Origin: an uncultured delta proteobacterium
Lineage (GTDB): Bacteria > Desulfobacterota > Binatia > UBA9968
Assembly: GCA_963727625.1 (NCBI GenBank)
Contig: CAVSHR010000009.1
Coordinates: 192,001 to 256,000 of the forward strand
Length of the DNA: 64,000 nucleotides
Direction: 5' to 3'
Part shown: positions 30,886 to 40,138 of the stretch, in pieces
Position numbering within the stretch: the first letter of the stretch is position 1
Layout: each line of letters begins with the position of its first letter
The notes under the pieces: generated by a model
Told to the model about the DNA's origin: nothing
The model's database searches: none
What the model saw: the letters and a program-made list of their open reading frames with translations, nothing else
Position numbers and translations under genes: made by a program

Positions 30886-31296
30886 TCAAACTATTTTCTG
30901 CGCGCTGAGGATTGGCTCATAGAGCATCTGGATGACGATGCCGTCGGGATCGGCACAGTAAAAAGACGCGCTGCCGTCGCGATGGACTTTGAACGGATGG
31001 ACGATCGCGACGCCTTTGGCGCGAAACTCCTGCTCCAGCGCCTCGACCCGCTCGATACTCTCGACCAGAAAGCCTAGATGGTCGAGCTGGCTTTCTGCGC
31101 CATGCTGAAACAGATTGGGCGAAACCTCATGAAACGCTAAATTATCCCAGCCCAAAGAGAGATAAACGTTACGCGGATCGGGTTCCCAAACAGTATCCAT
31201 GCCGAGAACATCTCGATAAAAACTCTTTGCCCGCGCCGCGTCGCGCACCTTGAGTGCGATATGGCGCATGCCCTTAAGACCGCTGATACGGCTCAT
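30886..31296 (-). CDS. VOC/glyoxalase family protein
   Basis: RHIALKV.D..AKSFY..VLG, LDHLGF, FYCADPDG. Confidence 0.85.
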   Translation of the reverse strand: MSRISGLKGMRHIALKVRDAARAKSFYRDVLGMDTVWEPDPRNVYLSLGWDNLAFHEVSPNLFQHGAESQLDHLGFLVESIERVEALEQEFRAKGVAIVHPFKVHRDGSASFYCADPDGIVIQMLYEPILSAQKIV

Positions 31297-31390
31297 GCTT
31301 CGGACTATAGCACAACGGGGCAAAATTGCAGGCCTCAGCGCTACGTTGCACCCCTTGCGAGCGCCAGATAAAAGCGGGATTATTTTCACC

Positions 31391-32452
31391 ATGAAAGAAG
31401 CACGCTGGTGGCATACCGAGACCGACGGCAGGATTCTCTGCACGCTGTGCCCGCGTTTTTGCCGTATCGGCGACGGCCAGGCTGGCTTCTGTTATATTCG
31501 CAAGAACGTCGGCGGAACTCTTTACTCCCTCGGTTACGGCTCCTCCACCGGCTTCGCCATCGATCCCATCGAGAAAAAGCCTCTCAATCATTTTTTGCCG
31601 GGCAGTGAAATTTTAAGCTTCGGCACCGCCGGCTGTAACCTGGGCTGCCGTTTTTGCCAGAACTGGAGCATCAGCAAAGCGAAGCTGGACGAAGCCCAAA
31701 GCGTAAACACGCTGCCGGAAGAGGTCATCAAACTCGCCCTCAAACAAAAAGTGCCAAGCATCGCTTTCACCTACAACGATCCGGTAATCTGGGGCGAATT
31801 CGTCATCGACATCTCGCGCTTGGCGCGCGAGCACGGCCTTAAAAGTGTGATGGTCACTGCCGGTTACATCACCCCGGAGGCGCGCCCGGAAGTTTTTCGC
31901 TATATCGACGCCGCCAACGTCGACCTCAAAGCCTTTACCGAGCGTTTCTATCACCGCTTGACCTTTTCTCACCTCGATCCGGTGCTCGACACGCTCAAAT
32001 GGCTTAAACAGGAAACCGACATCTGGTTTGAGATCACCAATCTCATGATTCCCGGAGAAAACGACGACCCCGATGAAACCCTGCGGTTAGCATCGTGGGT
32101 GGTTAAAAACTTGGGCGATTCGGTGCCGCTCCACTTCACCGCCTTTCACCCCGACTTCAAGCTGACGGACAGACCGCCGACGCCAGCCGCCCTGCTCAGG
32201 CGGGCCAGACAGATCGCCCTCTCGGTCGGGGTTAAATTCTGCTACGTCGGCAACGTCCACGATAGCGAGGGGCAGACAACCTTCTGCCCCGCCTGCCATC
32301 GAGTTTTGATCCGCCGTTCATGGCATGCAATTCTTCAGAACAACCTCGACGGGAATTGCTGTCCCTGCGGTGAAATCATTCCAGGTTATTTCAGTCCCGA
32401 CCGGAACTCTGCACAAAGACGGCAACCCAGGCGACGCTTGCTGCCGAACTGA
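31391..32452 (+). CDS. amrS: AmmeMemoRadiSam system radical SAM enzyme
   Basis: CTLCPRFC, DPIEKKPL.HF, GCNLGCRFCQNW, AFTYNDP, ANVDLKAF, YVGNV. Confidence 0.9.
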   Translation: MKEARWWHTETDGRILCTLCPRFCRIGDGQAGFCYIRKNVGGTLYSLGYGSSTGFAIDPIEKKPLNHFLPGSEILSFGTAGCNLGCRFCQNWSISKAKLDEAQSVNTLPEEVIKLALKQKVPSIAFTYNDPVIWGEFVIDISRLAREHGLKSVMVTAGYITPEARPEVFRYIDAANVDLKAFTERFYHRLTFSHLDPVLDTLKWLKQETDIWFEITNLMIPGENDDPDETLRLASWVVKNLGDSVPLHFTAFHPDFKLTDRPPTPAALLRRARQIALSVGVKFCYVGNVHDSEGQTTFCPACHRVLIRRSWHAILQNNLDGNCCPCGEIIPGYFSPDRNSAQRRQPRRRLLPN

Positions 32453-32522
32453 CGAGCGCCCGCGCAACCTCGCTGGCGCAATTTGGCGATTTGTGTTTTA
32501 AAGAAGACTCTTGTCTACTCCT

Positions 32523-34922
32523 ATGGCAAAAGCAAAAAAACGCATTCGAAAGTTTCGCCCGCACCTCGACATCCTCGAGGATATCAGCGCCCTCATCAGC
32601 CATTCGTACGACTTGCAGGAAACCCTCGACAGTATCGTCGCCACGGTGGCCGACCGCATGCAAACCGAAGTTTGCTCGATCTATATCCTCGAACGCGACA
32701 AGAAGCGCTTAACCCTTCGCGCGACGATGGGTTTGGATCCGGAATCCGTGGGCAAAGTTTCCATGGATACGAGGGAGGGCTTAACAGGATTGGTCATTGA
32801 GCGGATGAAGCCGGTCATGGTGGCCGACACACTCGCCCACCCGCGCTACAAGTACTTTCCTGAAACCCATGAGGAGCATTTTCACTCTTTTCTCGGCGTG
32901 CCGCTGATGGACAGAAAATTGCCCCTCGGCGTCTTGGTCGTCCAGACCTCGCGTCGGCGGGAATTTTCCCGCGACGAAATCCGCCTACTGGTGACAATTT
33001 CCGCGCAGGTGGCGAGCATCATTGTTCAGGCCCGGCTGGCCGAGTCGCTCAAGAGCAAAGAACAGGAGCGCAAGGATTTTCAGAAGCGCATGAACGAAGC
33101 GATGCGCAAACTACGCTCCTACGAGGGAAGTCGCCGGGAAAAGACCGCTAAATCCAAACAGCGCTGGCGCGGCCGATTAAACGGCCTGGCGGCATCGCCC
33201 GGCTTCGGTCGCGGCAAGGCTTTCGTTTTGCAACCTCGCATGGATTTGAGCGCGATTAAAAAGAAAAAAACGCGAAACCCGGAGCGCGAGATGGAGCGCT
33301 TTCGCGGCGCAGTTGAGCGCGGCATCGAGCAGGTCAACGTGGTCAAGAATCGGATGAATCAATTGATCTCGAAAGAGGAAATGGCCATCTTCGATGTTTA
33401 TCGTTTGATTCTTGAAGATCCCTCGATCATTCAGCAGATCGAATCGCAAATTTTCGACGAGGGCTACGTTGCGGATTTTGCGGTGAAAGTCGTTTTCGAG
33501 CACTATCTGGAGTCAATCGGGAATATCGACGACAATTACCTGCGCGAACGCACAACCGACGTCAAAGACGCGGCGCAACGGCTGCTGGAAAACCTGAACG
33601 GTATGTCGGGACAACAGTATAATATTCCTGATGACGCGGTTTTGGTCGCCGAGGATCTCTCGCCCGCCGATTTGAGCATGCTCGAAGGCGATAAATTCAA
33701 AGGCATCGCGCTGGCCACCGGCGGCGTGACCTCACATGCATCGATTCTGGCTAAGTCCTTTGAGATTCCCAGCGTCGTCGCTATCGAGGAGTTGATGGAG
33801 TCAGTCCACCAGGGCGACATGCTGATCATCGACGGCAACGCCGGCAGCGTGCATGTCAATCCGAATACCGAGGTTATCCGCGAGTATGATCGCCTGGAGC
33901 GGGATTACGCGGAGTTAAATCGCGAATTGGGAGAACTCAAAAACTTGCCGGCGGAAACCACCGACGGTCATCGCGTGTCGCTCTACGCCAACATCGGCTT
34001 GCTCAGCGACGTCGCCTTCGCACAACTGCACGGCGCGCAAGGGGTCGGACTTTACCGCACCGAGATTCCGTTTTTGTCCCACCGGGATTTTCCCAGCGAA
34101 GAAGAGCAATACTCGCTTTACAGCCGAGTCGTCGAAGGCATGGCGGGGAAACCGGTAACGATTAGAACCCTGGATATCGGCGCCGATAAGTACCCTACCT
34201 ACATGCGCAGCGTTGCCGCTGAGCCAAATCCGTTCTTAGGTTGGCGCTCGATCCGGATCTCCCTGGAAGTAGAAGAAATTTTTAAAACCCAATTGCGTGC
34301 GATTTTGCGCGTCGGCAATCGCGGTCGCGTGCGCATGCTGATCCCGATGATTTGCAGCCTGGAAGAGATCCTAAAAGTTAAGGAAATCCTCGCCGAAACA
34401 AAGAATGAGCTCGAACACGAAGGCACCCCGCACGATCGTCAGATGGAGCTTGGAATCATGGTGGAAATTCCCGCCGCAGTCCAGCTTGCCGACCGATTTC
34501 TGCGCGAAGTTGATTTTTTGAGCATCGGCACCAACGACCTCATCCAGTACATTTTGGCTGTCGATCGCAGCAATCGAAAAGTCGCAAACCTCTACGAGCC
34601 GTTGCACCCGGCGGTCCTTTCGGCATTGAACTCAACCATCGAAGCGGGCAAGCGGGAAGGCAAACGGATAGGGCTGTGCGGCGAAATGGCCGGCGACCCC
34701 CTATGCGCCTTGCTTCTATTGGGTATGGGATTGGAAGAGTTTAGCATGGGCTCGCTTTATCTTCCGGCCGTCAAAAAAGCCATTCGCTCGATCAGCTATC
34801 GGGCGGCCAAAGCGGCGGCCGAGATCGTCCTTAAGATGGATACCATCGGGGAAATCAAGCGCTATTTATTTGAGCAAATGCGTCAGCTTGGCATGGTCGA
34901 GCTCTTGGAAATGTATCACTAG
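32523..34922 (+). CDS. ptsP: GAF-domain phosphoenolpyruvate-protein phosphotransferase (EI-Ntr)
   Basis: N-terminal GAF domain; TSHASILA (phospho-His); GLYRTE; RTLDIGADK; SIGTNDLIQY; LCGEMAGD. Confidence 0.93.
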   Translation: MAKAKKRIRKFRPHLDILEDISALISHSYDLQETLDSIVATVADRMQTEVCSIYILERDKKRLTLRATMGLDPESVGKVSMDTREGLTGLVIERMKPVMVADTLAHPRYKYFPETHEEHFHSFLGVPLMDRKLPLGVLVVQTSRRREFSRDEIRLLVTISAQVASIIVQARLAESLKSKEQERKDFQKRMNEAMRKLRSYEGSRREKTAKSKQRWRGRLNGLAASPGFGRGKAFVLQPRMDLSAIKKKKTRNPEREMERFRGAVERGIEQVNVVKNRMNQLISKEEMAIFDVYRLILEDPSIIQQIESQIFDEGYVADFAVKVVFEHYLESIGNIDDNYLRERTTDVKDAAQRLLENLNGMSGQQYNIPDDAVLVAEDLSPADLSMLEGDKFKGIALATGGVTSHASILAKSFEIPSVVAIEELMESVHQGDMLIIDGNAGSVHVNPNTEVIREYDRLERDYAELNRELGELKNLPAETTDGHRVSLYANIGLLSDVAFAQLHGAQGVGLYRTEIPFLSHRDFPSEEEQYSLYSRVVEGMAGKPVTIRTLDIGADKYPTYMRSVAAEPNPFLGWRSIRISLEVEEIFKTQLRAILRVGNRGRVRMLIPMICSLEEILKVKEILAETKNELEHEGTPHDRQMELGIMVEIPAAVQLADRFLREVDFLSIGTNDLIQYILAVDRSNRKVANLYEPLHPAVLSALNSTIEAGKREGKRIGLCGEMAGDPLCALLLLGMGLEEFSMGSLYLPAVKKAIRSISYRAAKAAAEIVLKMDTIGEIKRYLFEQMRQLGMVELLEMYH

Positions 34923-34959
34923 GTCGTGTTTGGACTGAACGCGAGGCTGTTGTCTGGGA

Positions 34960-34988
34960 TTGATTTTTTGACCGATTGGGGTTATGTT
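34960..34988 (+). promoter_or_regulatory. Putative sigma70 promoter of the boxB-like operon
   Basis: TTGATT-N17-TATGTT. Confidence 0.5.
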
Positions 34989-34992
34989 AAAG

Positions 34993-35010
34993 TTCGAACG
35001 ATCGTTCGAA
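34993..35010. promoter_or_regulatory. Perfect 18-bp palindrome, probable repressor operator
   Basis: TTCGAACGATCGTTCGAA between the -10 box and the RBS. Confidence 0.7.
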
Positions 35011-35028
35011 TAGGAAAGGATCTTCCCG

Positions 35029-36135
35029 ATGATCAAAATCTCTACTTTCGATGACTGGATCGAATATTTTCGTCAATGGCAAAAGGACATTGGTTACGAC
35101 CCCGCGCTTCTAGGCAATTACAAATTCGAAACCAAGTTAGGCGAGTTGCACTCCTCTGAGATCGAATTCGGCGATTTCAAGGGGCAACCGAAGTGGCAAC
35201 GGCTGACGCAGATCCCCAATCAATCGATCCGCGACGCATTGATGAATTTAATTGTTTATCAAGGGGACACCGAGTTCGCTTCGGTTGAACAGCAAAAGAA
35301 CCTGCTCGACACGGCGCCGACGGACTACGATCGCCAGGCGCTGATTCGCGTCAACAGTGAAGAAATGCGCCATGGCTGGCAGATGTGTTATCTGCTGGTC
35401 AATTACTTCGGCGATTCGGGCAAGTTGGAAGCGCGAAAACTTTTGGAGCGCCGTGCTTTTAGAGGCGATCGTTTGCTCGGATCGTTCAACGCCCCGGTCA
35501 ACAACTGGCTCGATTTTTTTACCTATACTGAATTCGTCGACCGTGACGGCAAATACCAGCTCACTATGCTATCCCACTCTTCCTTTGCGCCGCTGGCTGA
35601 AAGCGTCACGGCCATGCTTAAGGAAGAGTTTTTTCACATGTTTACCGGCCACACGGGTTTGACCCGTATCCTTCGGTCCGGGAAAATCCCGATTCCGATC
35701 GTGCAAAAATATTTCAACAAGTGGTTATCCACCGCTTACGACCTGTTCGGCACCACTCGGTCGTCTTCGGCTCACTGGGCTTACACCTGGGGTCTGAAAG
35801 GCCGGATGGACGAGCATGAAGCAACGGCGCCTGCGGACAAGGAAAAGCTCAACGATTTGGCGCGCAGCCATTATTTGCTCGAAAGCGCCAAACTCATCGA
35901 GCAGTTGAATCAACTGGTGCCGGCGGATCACCCCAAACTCTATGCTCCGGATTTGAAGTTCAACCGCTCCATCGGTGAGTTTGTCGGCAAACCTTACGGC
36001 GTCACTGGCGAACTGATGTCTCCCGCAGCTTACACGAAGCATGTGGCCGAAGTTCTGCCTACCGAGGCCGATGAAAAAATCCTGGCGGAGATCGTTAAAG
36101 GCAAGGACTGGGTCGCGCAAATGCAGCTCAACTAA
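35029..36135 (+). CDS. BoxB/PaaA-type ferritin-like diiron aromatic-CoA epoxidase (short BoxB-like form)
   Basis: QGDTEFASVEQQ, EEMRH, DRDGKYQL, EEFFHMFTG diiron ligand motifs. Confidence 0.85.
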   Translation: MIKISTFDDWIEYFRQWQKDIGYDPALLGNYKFETKLGELHSSEIEFGDFKGQPKWQRLTQIPNQSIRDALMNLIVYQGDTEFASVEQQKNLLDTAPTDYDRQALIRVNSEEMRHGWQMCYLLVNYFGDSGKLEARKLLERRAFRGDRLLGSFNAPVNNWLDFFTYTEFVDRDGKYQLTMLSHSSFAPLAESVTAMLKEEFFHMFTGHTGLTRILRSGKIPIPIVQKYFNKWLSTAYDLFGTTRSSSAHWAYTWGLKGRMDEHEATAPADKEKLNDLARSHYLLESAKLIEQLNQLVPADHPKLYAPDLKFNRSIGEFVGKPYGVTGELMSPAAYTKHVAEVLPTEADEKILAEIVKGKDWVAQMQLN

Positions 36136-36198
36136 CTTCGGTGCGGAGATGTTGCATCTCAGTTCGTACACTAGTAATTAGGACTCAAGGAGAAACCG

Positions 36199-36522
36199 GT
36201 GAGCCGAGTCTGTCTTATCTGTCAGAATATCGATTGCAAGTCCCGCGGTTCGGAACAGCTCATGGCCGAACTTCAAAAGCGCGTCGCCGCCAAAGGATTG
36301 ACCGATGTCGAGGTCAAGCCCTACATGTGCTTTGGCGCTTGCCAAGAGGGACCCAATATCGTTCTTTACCCGGAAAAAAGTTGGTATGCCAAAGTGAAGG
36401 TTGAAGATCTCGACGAAATCACGGATCATCTCGCTGGCGGCCCCCATGTCCAACGGCTCGATACCATCGATTCATCCCTGAAAGAACTGATTTACCAACT
36501 CCTTGATACGGGGGTCATTTAG
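36199..36522 (+). CDS. Thioredoxin-like [2Fe-2S] ferredoxin (NuoE C-domain-like)
   Basis: CQNIDC ... CFGAC.EGP.IV.YP..WY; GGAG RBS before GTG. Confidence 0.88.
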   Translation: MSRVCLICQNIDCKSRGSEQLMAELQKRVAAKGLTDVEVKPYMCFGACQEGPNIVLYPEKSWYAKVKVEDLDEITDHLAGGPHVQRLDTIDSSLKELIYQLLDTGVI

Positions 36523-36525
36523 CCC

Positions 36526-37785
36526 ATGGAAGGTATTCTATTCCCTCACGGCGTTCCCGAAGGCCGTGAGGGACTGGAGAAATACCGTGACCGCGGCGGC
36601 TACGAGGCCCTAGCCAAGGCCGTTAAAGGGCCGCGCGAAGAAATCATCAAAGTCGTCTCGGATGCCGGCCTGCGCGGTCGCGGCGGCGCTGGATTTCCGA
36701 CCGGAAAAAAGTGGCAGTTCACGCTCGAAGCGCCGGGGGAGCCTCGTTACCTGGTGCTGAATGGCGGTGAGGACGAGCCGGGTAGCAAGAAGGACCGGGT
36801 ACTTTTGGAAAATCTGCCTCACCTGGTTATCGAAGGCACAATCCTCGGCTCCTACGCAATCGGTGCTGCGAAGGCCTACCTGTATATTAACGCGCGCTAT
36901 GAAGTCGCGATGAAAAGCATTAACGACGCACTGGCTGAAGCACAAGGCGCGGGTTACTGGGGGCGAAAAATTCTCGGCAGCGATTTCAGTCTCGATATAG
37001 AAGTTGTTTCCGCGCCGCATAACTATGTGGCCGGTGAGGACACGGCCGTGCTCGAGGTCCTCGAAGGGAAAAAGCCCTGGCCCAGACAAAAGCCGCCATT
37101 TCCGGTGACTGTCGGATTGTTCGGCAAACCGACGTCGGTAAATAACGTCGAGACATTGGCCAACGTGGCGCCGATTCTGTTGAAAGGCGCAAACGGGTAC
37201 CGCAGCTTCGGCACGGCCGAGAGCACGGGCACGATGATCTTTTCGCTCAATGACGACGTCAATCGACCCGGCGTCTACGAGCTCCCCTTCGGCACGCCGT
37301 TGCGCTATCTGATCGAAGAATGCGGCGGCGGCATCAACGGCGGCAAACAAATCAAAGCCATCATGCCCGCAGCCCCTTCATCTGCCTTTCTGCCGCCGGA
37401 CAAGATTGACACTCCGCTCGATCATAATTCGATGCGCGACGCCGGCTCTGCGTTGGGATGCGGCGTGGTGCGGCTGATCGCCGAAGGCAGCTGCATCGTC
37501 GAAGAAGTTTTAAAGATTGCCGAGTTTTTTACCGCCGAATCATGCGGCCAGTGCCCCGCCTGCCGCATGGAGACTAATACGCTGGCGATGATGATGAAAA
37601 AAGTCCAAGCCGGACAGGGCGGCCAGCCGATTCTCGAGCAGTTCGGCAAGATCCTCGCCTTTAACAAGGGAAAGGGCTTCTGCAATCTCATCGCCATGCC
37701 CGGTCCGCCGATCGAAAGCGCGCTCAAACTATTCCCCGGAGATTTTGAATCCCATCTGAGCACCGGTAAATGTCCGGTGAATTAA
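36526..37785 (+). CDS. Stand-alone NuoF-like NAD(P)H-binding FMN/[4Fe-4S] protein
   Basis: GLRGRGGAGFPTGKKW, EPGSKKDR, YVAGEDTA, KPPFP, NNVETL, ESCGQCPACR...FC. Confidence 0.9.
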   Translation: MEGILFPHGVPEGREGLEKYRDRGGYEALAKAVKGPREEIIKVVSDAGLRGRGGAGFPTGKKWQFTLEAPGEPRYLVLNGGEDEPGSKKDRVLLENLPHLVIEGTILGSYAIGAAKAYLYINARYEVAMKSINDALAEAQGAGYWGRKILGSDFSLDIEVVSAPHNYVAGEDTAVLEVLEGKKPWPRQKPPFPVTVGLFGKPTSVNNVETLANVAPILLKGANGYRSFGTAESTGTMIFSLNDDVNRPGVYELPFGTPLRYLIEECGGGINGGKQIKAIMPAAPSSAFLPPDKIDTPLDHNSMRDAGSALGCGVVRLIAEGSCIVEEVLKIAEFFTAESCGQCPACRMETNTLAMMMKKVQAGQGGQPILEQFGKILAFNKGKGFCNLIAMPGPPIESALKLFPGDFESHLSTGKCPVN

Positions 37786-38085
37786 GCGGCAACCGATCCT
37801 CCCCGAAATCAATTCTTGCAGATCAATGCAATCTATCTCGGACCTTTTCTGACTGATCCGAGAGCATGCTAAATGTCGCGGCCCTTCTTCGCTGCCGGTG
37901 GCCCCAAGGCTGAGGGCCGTCGGCGCATCCCCCGCCACGTAGACGCTTACCGGTCTTCGTTCAACATGACATGGACCTCGCTCTCGACTACAATGCCGAG
38001 ACGGTGGTACCCTGCTATTGATTTCAAAACTACCCGCGAGCTGCGGTGAATAGATGATTGCCGGCACGCGGTCAAGGATGGACTC

Positions 38086-38919
38086 ATGCGACTCGCACCG
38101 CTCAAGTGGCCGAACAATGCCAAGATCGCCGTCAGTTTTTTCGTCGCCTTTGAGGCCTTTGACAAGTATTCGCAGTACCGCCGCGGCGAGGGCGGCAAAA
38201 CCGACTACGCGTCCGTTGCCTATGGAGAATACGGCGGCAAGGCCGGAATCTGGCGCATCATGGATGTCCTTTCGCGCAATGGAGTCAAGGGCACCATCGA
38301 CACCAACGGCCGTGTCGCTGAAGTTTTCCCCGACGCGTTAAAAGCCTTGAGCAACGCGGGCCACGAAATCGTCGGCCATGGTTGGGTCAATGAAATTTAC
38401 CTGACCTCGTTGGAACCGCCGCAGGAAAGGGAGCTGATCCATCGAACTCAAGAAAGCCTTGCCGCCGTGACCGGCAAGCGACCCGTCGGTTGGGTCAGTC
38501 CGGGCCATCGCATCAACGCACACACTTTTGAATATTACGTCGAGGAAGGAGTTTACTGGACTGGCGATCTGCCCGGCCCGGATATTCCTGAGCACCGGCT
38601 GATCAGCGGTAAGCCGCTGGTGATTATGCCGCGACTGGACTACGCCAACGATCATTCGCTGATCTTTCAGCGGAAAAACCCGGCCCGCTTTTATTTCGAA
38701 AGCTTTAAAACCGCCTTCGACTACCTTTATGCCGAAGGCCAAGCCGGTGCGCCCAAGCTCATCGATGCGCTGGTGCACGCGCATATCGGCGGGCGGCCGA
38801 ACATCATCGGTGTGTTCGAAGAATGTATCCGCTACGCCAAAAGCTTCAAGGATGTATGGTTCTGCACCAAAGGTGAAATCGCCAAATATTATATCGACAA
38901 TTACGTCGGCAAACCGTAA
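38086..38919 (+). CDS. Polysaccharide deacetylase family, PuuE-like
   Basis: WPN.AKIAV, EYG.KAGIWRI, GHEIVGHGW, PVGW.SP, HAHIGGRP. Confidence 0.85.
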   Translation: MRLAPLKWPNNAKIAVSFFVAFEAFDKYSQYRRGEGGKTDYASVAYGEYGGKAGIWRIMDVLSRNGVKGTIDTNGRVAEVFPDALKALSNAGHEIVGHGWVNEIYLTSLEPPQERELIHRTQESLAAVTGKRPVGWVSPGHRINAHTFEYYVEEGVYWTGDLPGPDIPEHRLISGKPLVIMPRLDYANDHSLIFQRKNPARFYFESFKTAFDYLYAEGQAGAPKLIDALVHAHIGGRPNIIGVFEECIRYAKSFKDVWFCTKGEIAKYYIDNYVGKP

Positions 38920-38931
38920 AGGAACAACTCC

Positions 38932-40110
38932 ATGTCGGACTCCGCAGTCGCCCAAAAAATTTTCACCGGGCTCAACTCGAATGATCTGCTTTTCAAACTC
39001 AGCTGGGAGGAATGGCTGAAAATCGGCCCGCCCTATGCCGATCGTTCATTCACCAGCGGCGACGCCACCGTCCGTTACCAGCGCAACGGTTACGATTGGG
39101 ACATGCACGGCACAATGTATTCGCCCCAGGCGGAGACCGATCCGCGCCGGGCCTTTGTCTTTTTCCATGGCGGCGCCGGCAGCGAAAAAATTATGGATTT
39201 GACTCCCGACGGACGGCCTGGCCTGGCGCGCGTGCTCGCCGCCCAAGGTTTCAAAGTGTTGGCGCTGACCTATCCCGGACATTACCCGCCCGGTGGTGTC
39301 TGGAAACAGCCGGTCGAGGCGCGTAATCCGATTTACCTCTTCGATCGCGAGCTAGGCCAGGAAGAAATTGCCGATCGCAACTTGAAATGCACGTTCAACG
39401 TCATCCTCCAAGGCGCTGGCCTGCTCACCGACGAACACTTTTCCGGACGCGAAATCATTGGCTTTGGTCATTCTACCGGCGGACCGATGGCGGTCCACCT
39501 CACGCGCTTTTCGAAGAAGACAAAAGTCATTGGCATCGTCGGATTCGGCAGCGGCGGCCCCGACGGCTGGCGGCTCGAATGGAGAGACCAAACCGGCGCA
39601 GAAAAATATACCGAAAAACCCATCGATCATGTGTCGCGGCGCTCGCCCGATTCATTTAAGGCATCGGGCTATATCGACCCCGCGGATCTGACCCCCTGGG
39701 GCGGCGCCGACGATTATATCCGTTTGGTCAATCCGCTACGCTCGCAGATGAAAACCAGCCTTTGCGATAATCAGCATAACGCCGCTGTCAGCATACTGGA
39801 AGAATACCCCAAACGAACCGGCCTGCCGCGCGAAGAGTATTTCGATCATTTGCAAGAACCCGACACGGACTGGTTAAAAACCATCCGCGTGTTGTTGACA
39901 GTGGGTGAAAATGACAAGGGCCATTGGGTTAGAGGCGCTCAAATCGAGCACAAGCGCGAGATGTTTATGGGTGCAAAGTACGCCGCCGCGACGCGCGGCG
40001 CCCATGTGGTATTGCTCCCGCGCTACGGTCATGTGGGATATGCCGAATTGCATAATGAAAAAATCGCTTATCTTTGGCTGTGGGCCTATGAGGCGGGCTA
40101 TTTCAATTAA
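38932..40110 (+). CDS. Alpha/beta-hydrolase fold protein of unknown substrate
   Basis: FFHGG, YPGH, GHSTGG nucleophile elbow, distal YGH. Confidence 0.7.
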   Translation: MSDSAVAQKIFTGLNSNDLLFKLSWEEWLKIGPPYADRSFTSGDATVRYQRNGYDWDMHGTMYSPQAETDPRRAFVFFHGGAGSEKIMDLTPDGRPGLARVLAAQGFKVLALTYPGHYPPGGVWKQPVEARNPIYLFDRELGQEEIADRNLKCTFNVILQGAGLLTDEHFSGREIIGFGHSTGGPMAVHLTRFSKKTKVIGIVGFGSGGPDGWRLEWRDQTGAEKYTEKPIDHVSRRSPDSFKASGYIDPADLTPWGGADDYIRLVNPLRSQMKTSLCDNQHNAAVSILEEYPKRTGLPREEYFDHLQEPDTDWLKTIRVLLTVGENDKGHWVRGAQIEHKREMFMGAKYAAATRGAHVVLLPRYGHVGYAELHNEKIAYLWLWAYEAGYFN

Positions 40111-40138
40111 CTGACACGCTTGCGAGGGAGGTGGTCCC

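Noticed and set aside
36199-37785. Calling these genes nuoE/nuoF of respiratory complex I
   Set aside because: No other nuo genes are nearby, the ferredoxin lacks the NuoE N-terminal helical domain, and the context is an oxygenase operon.
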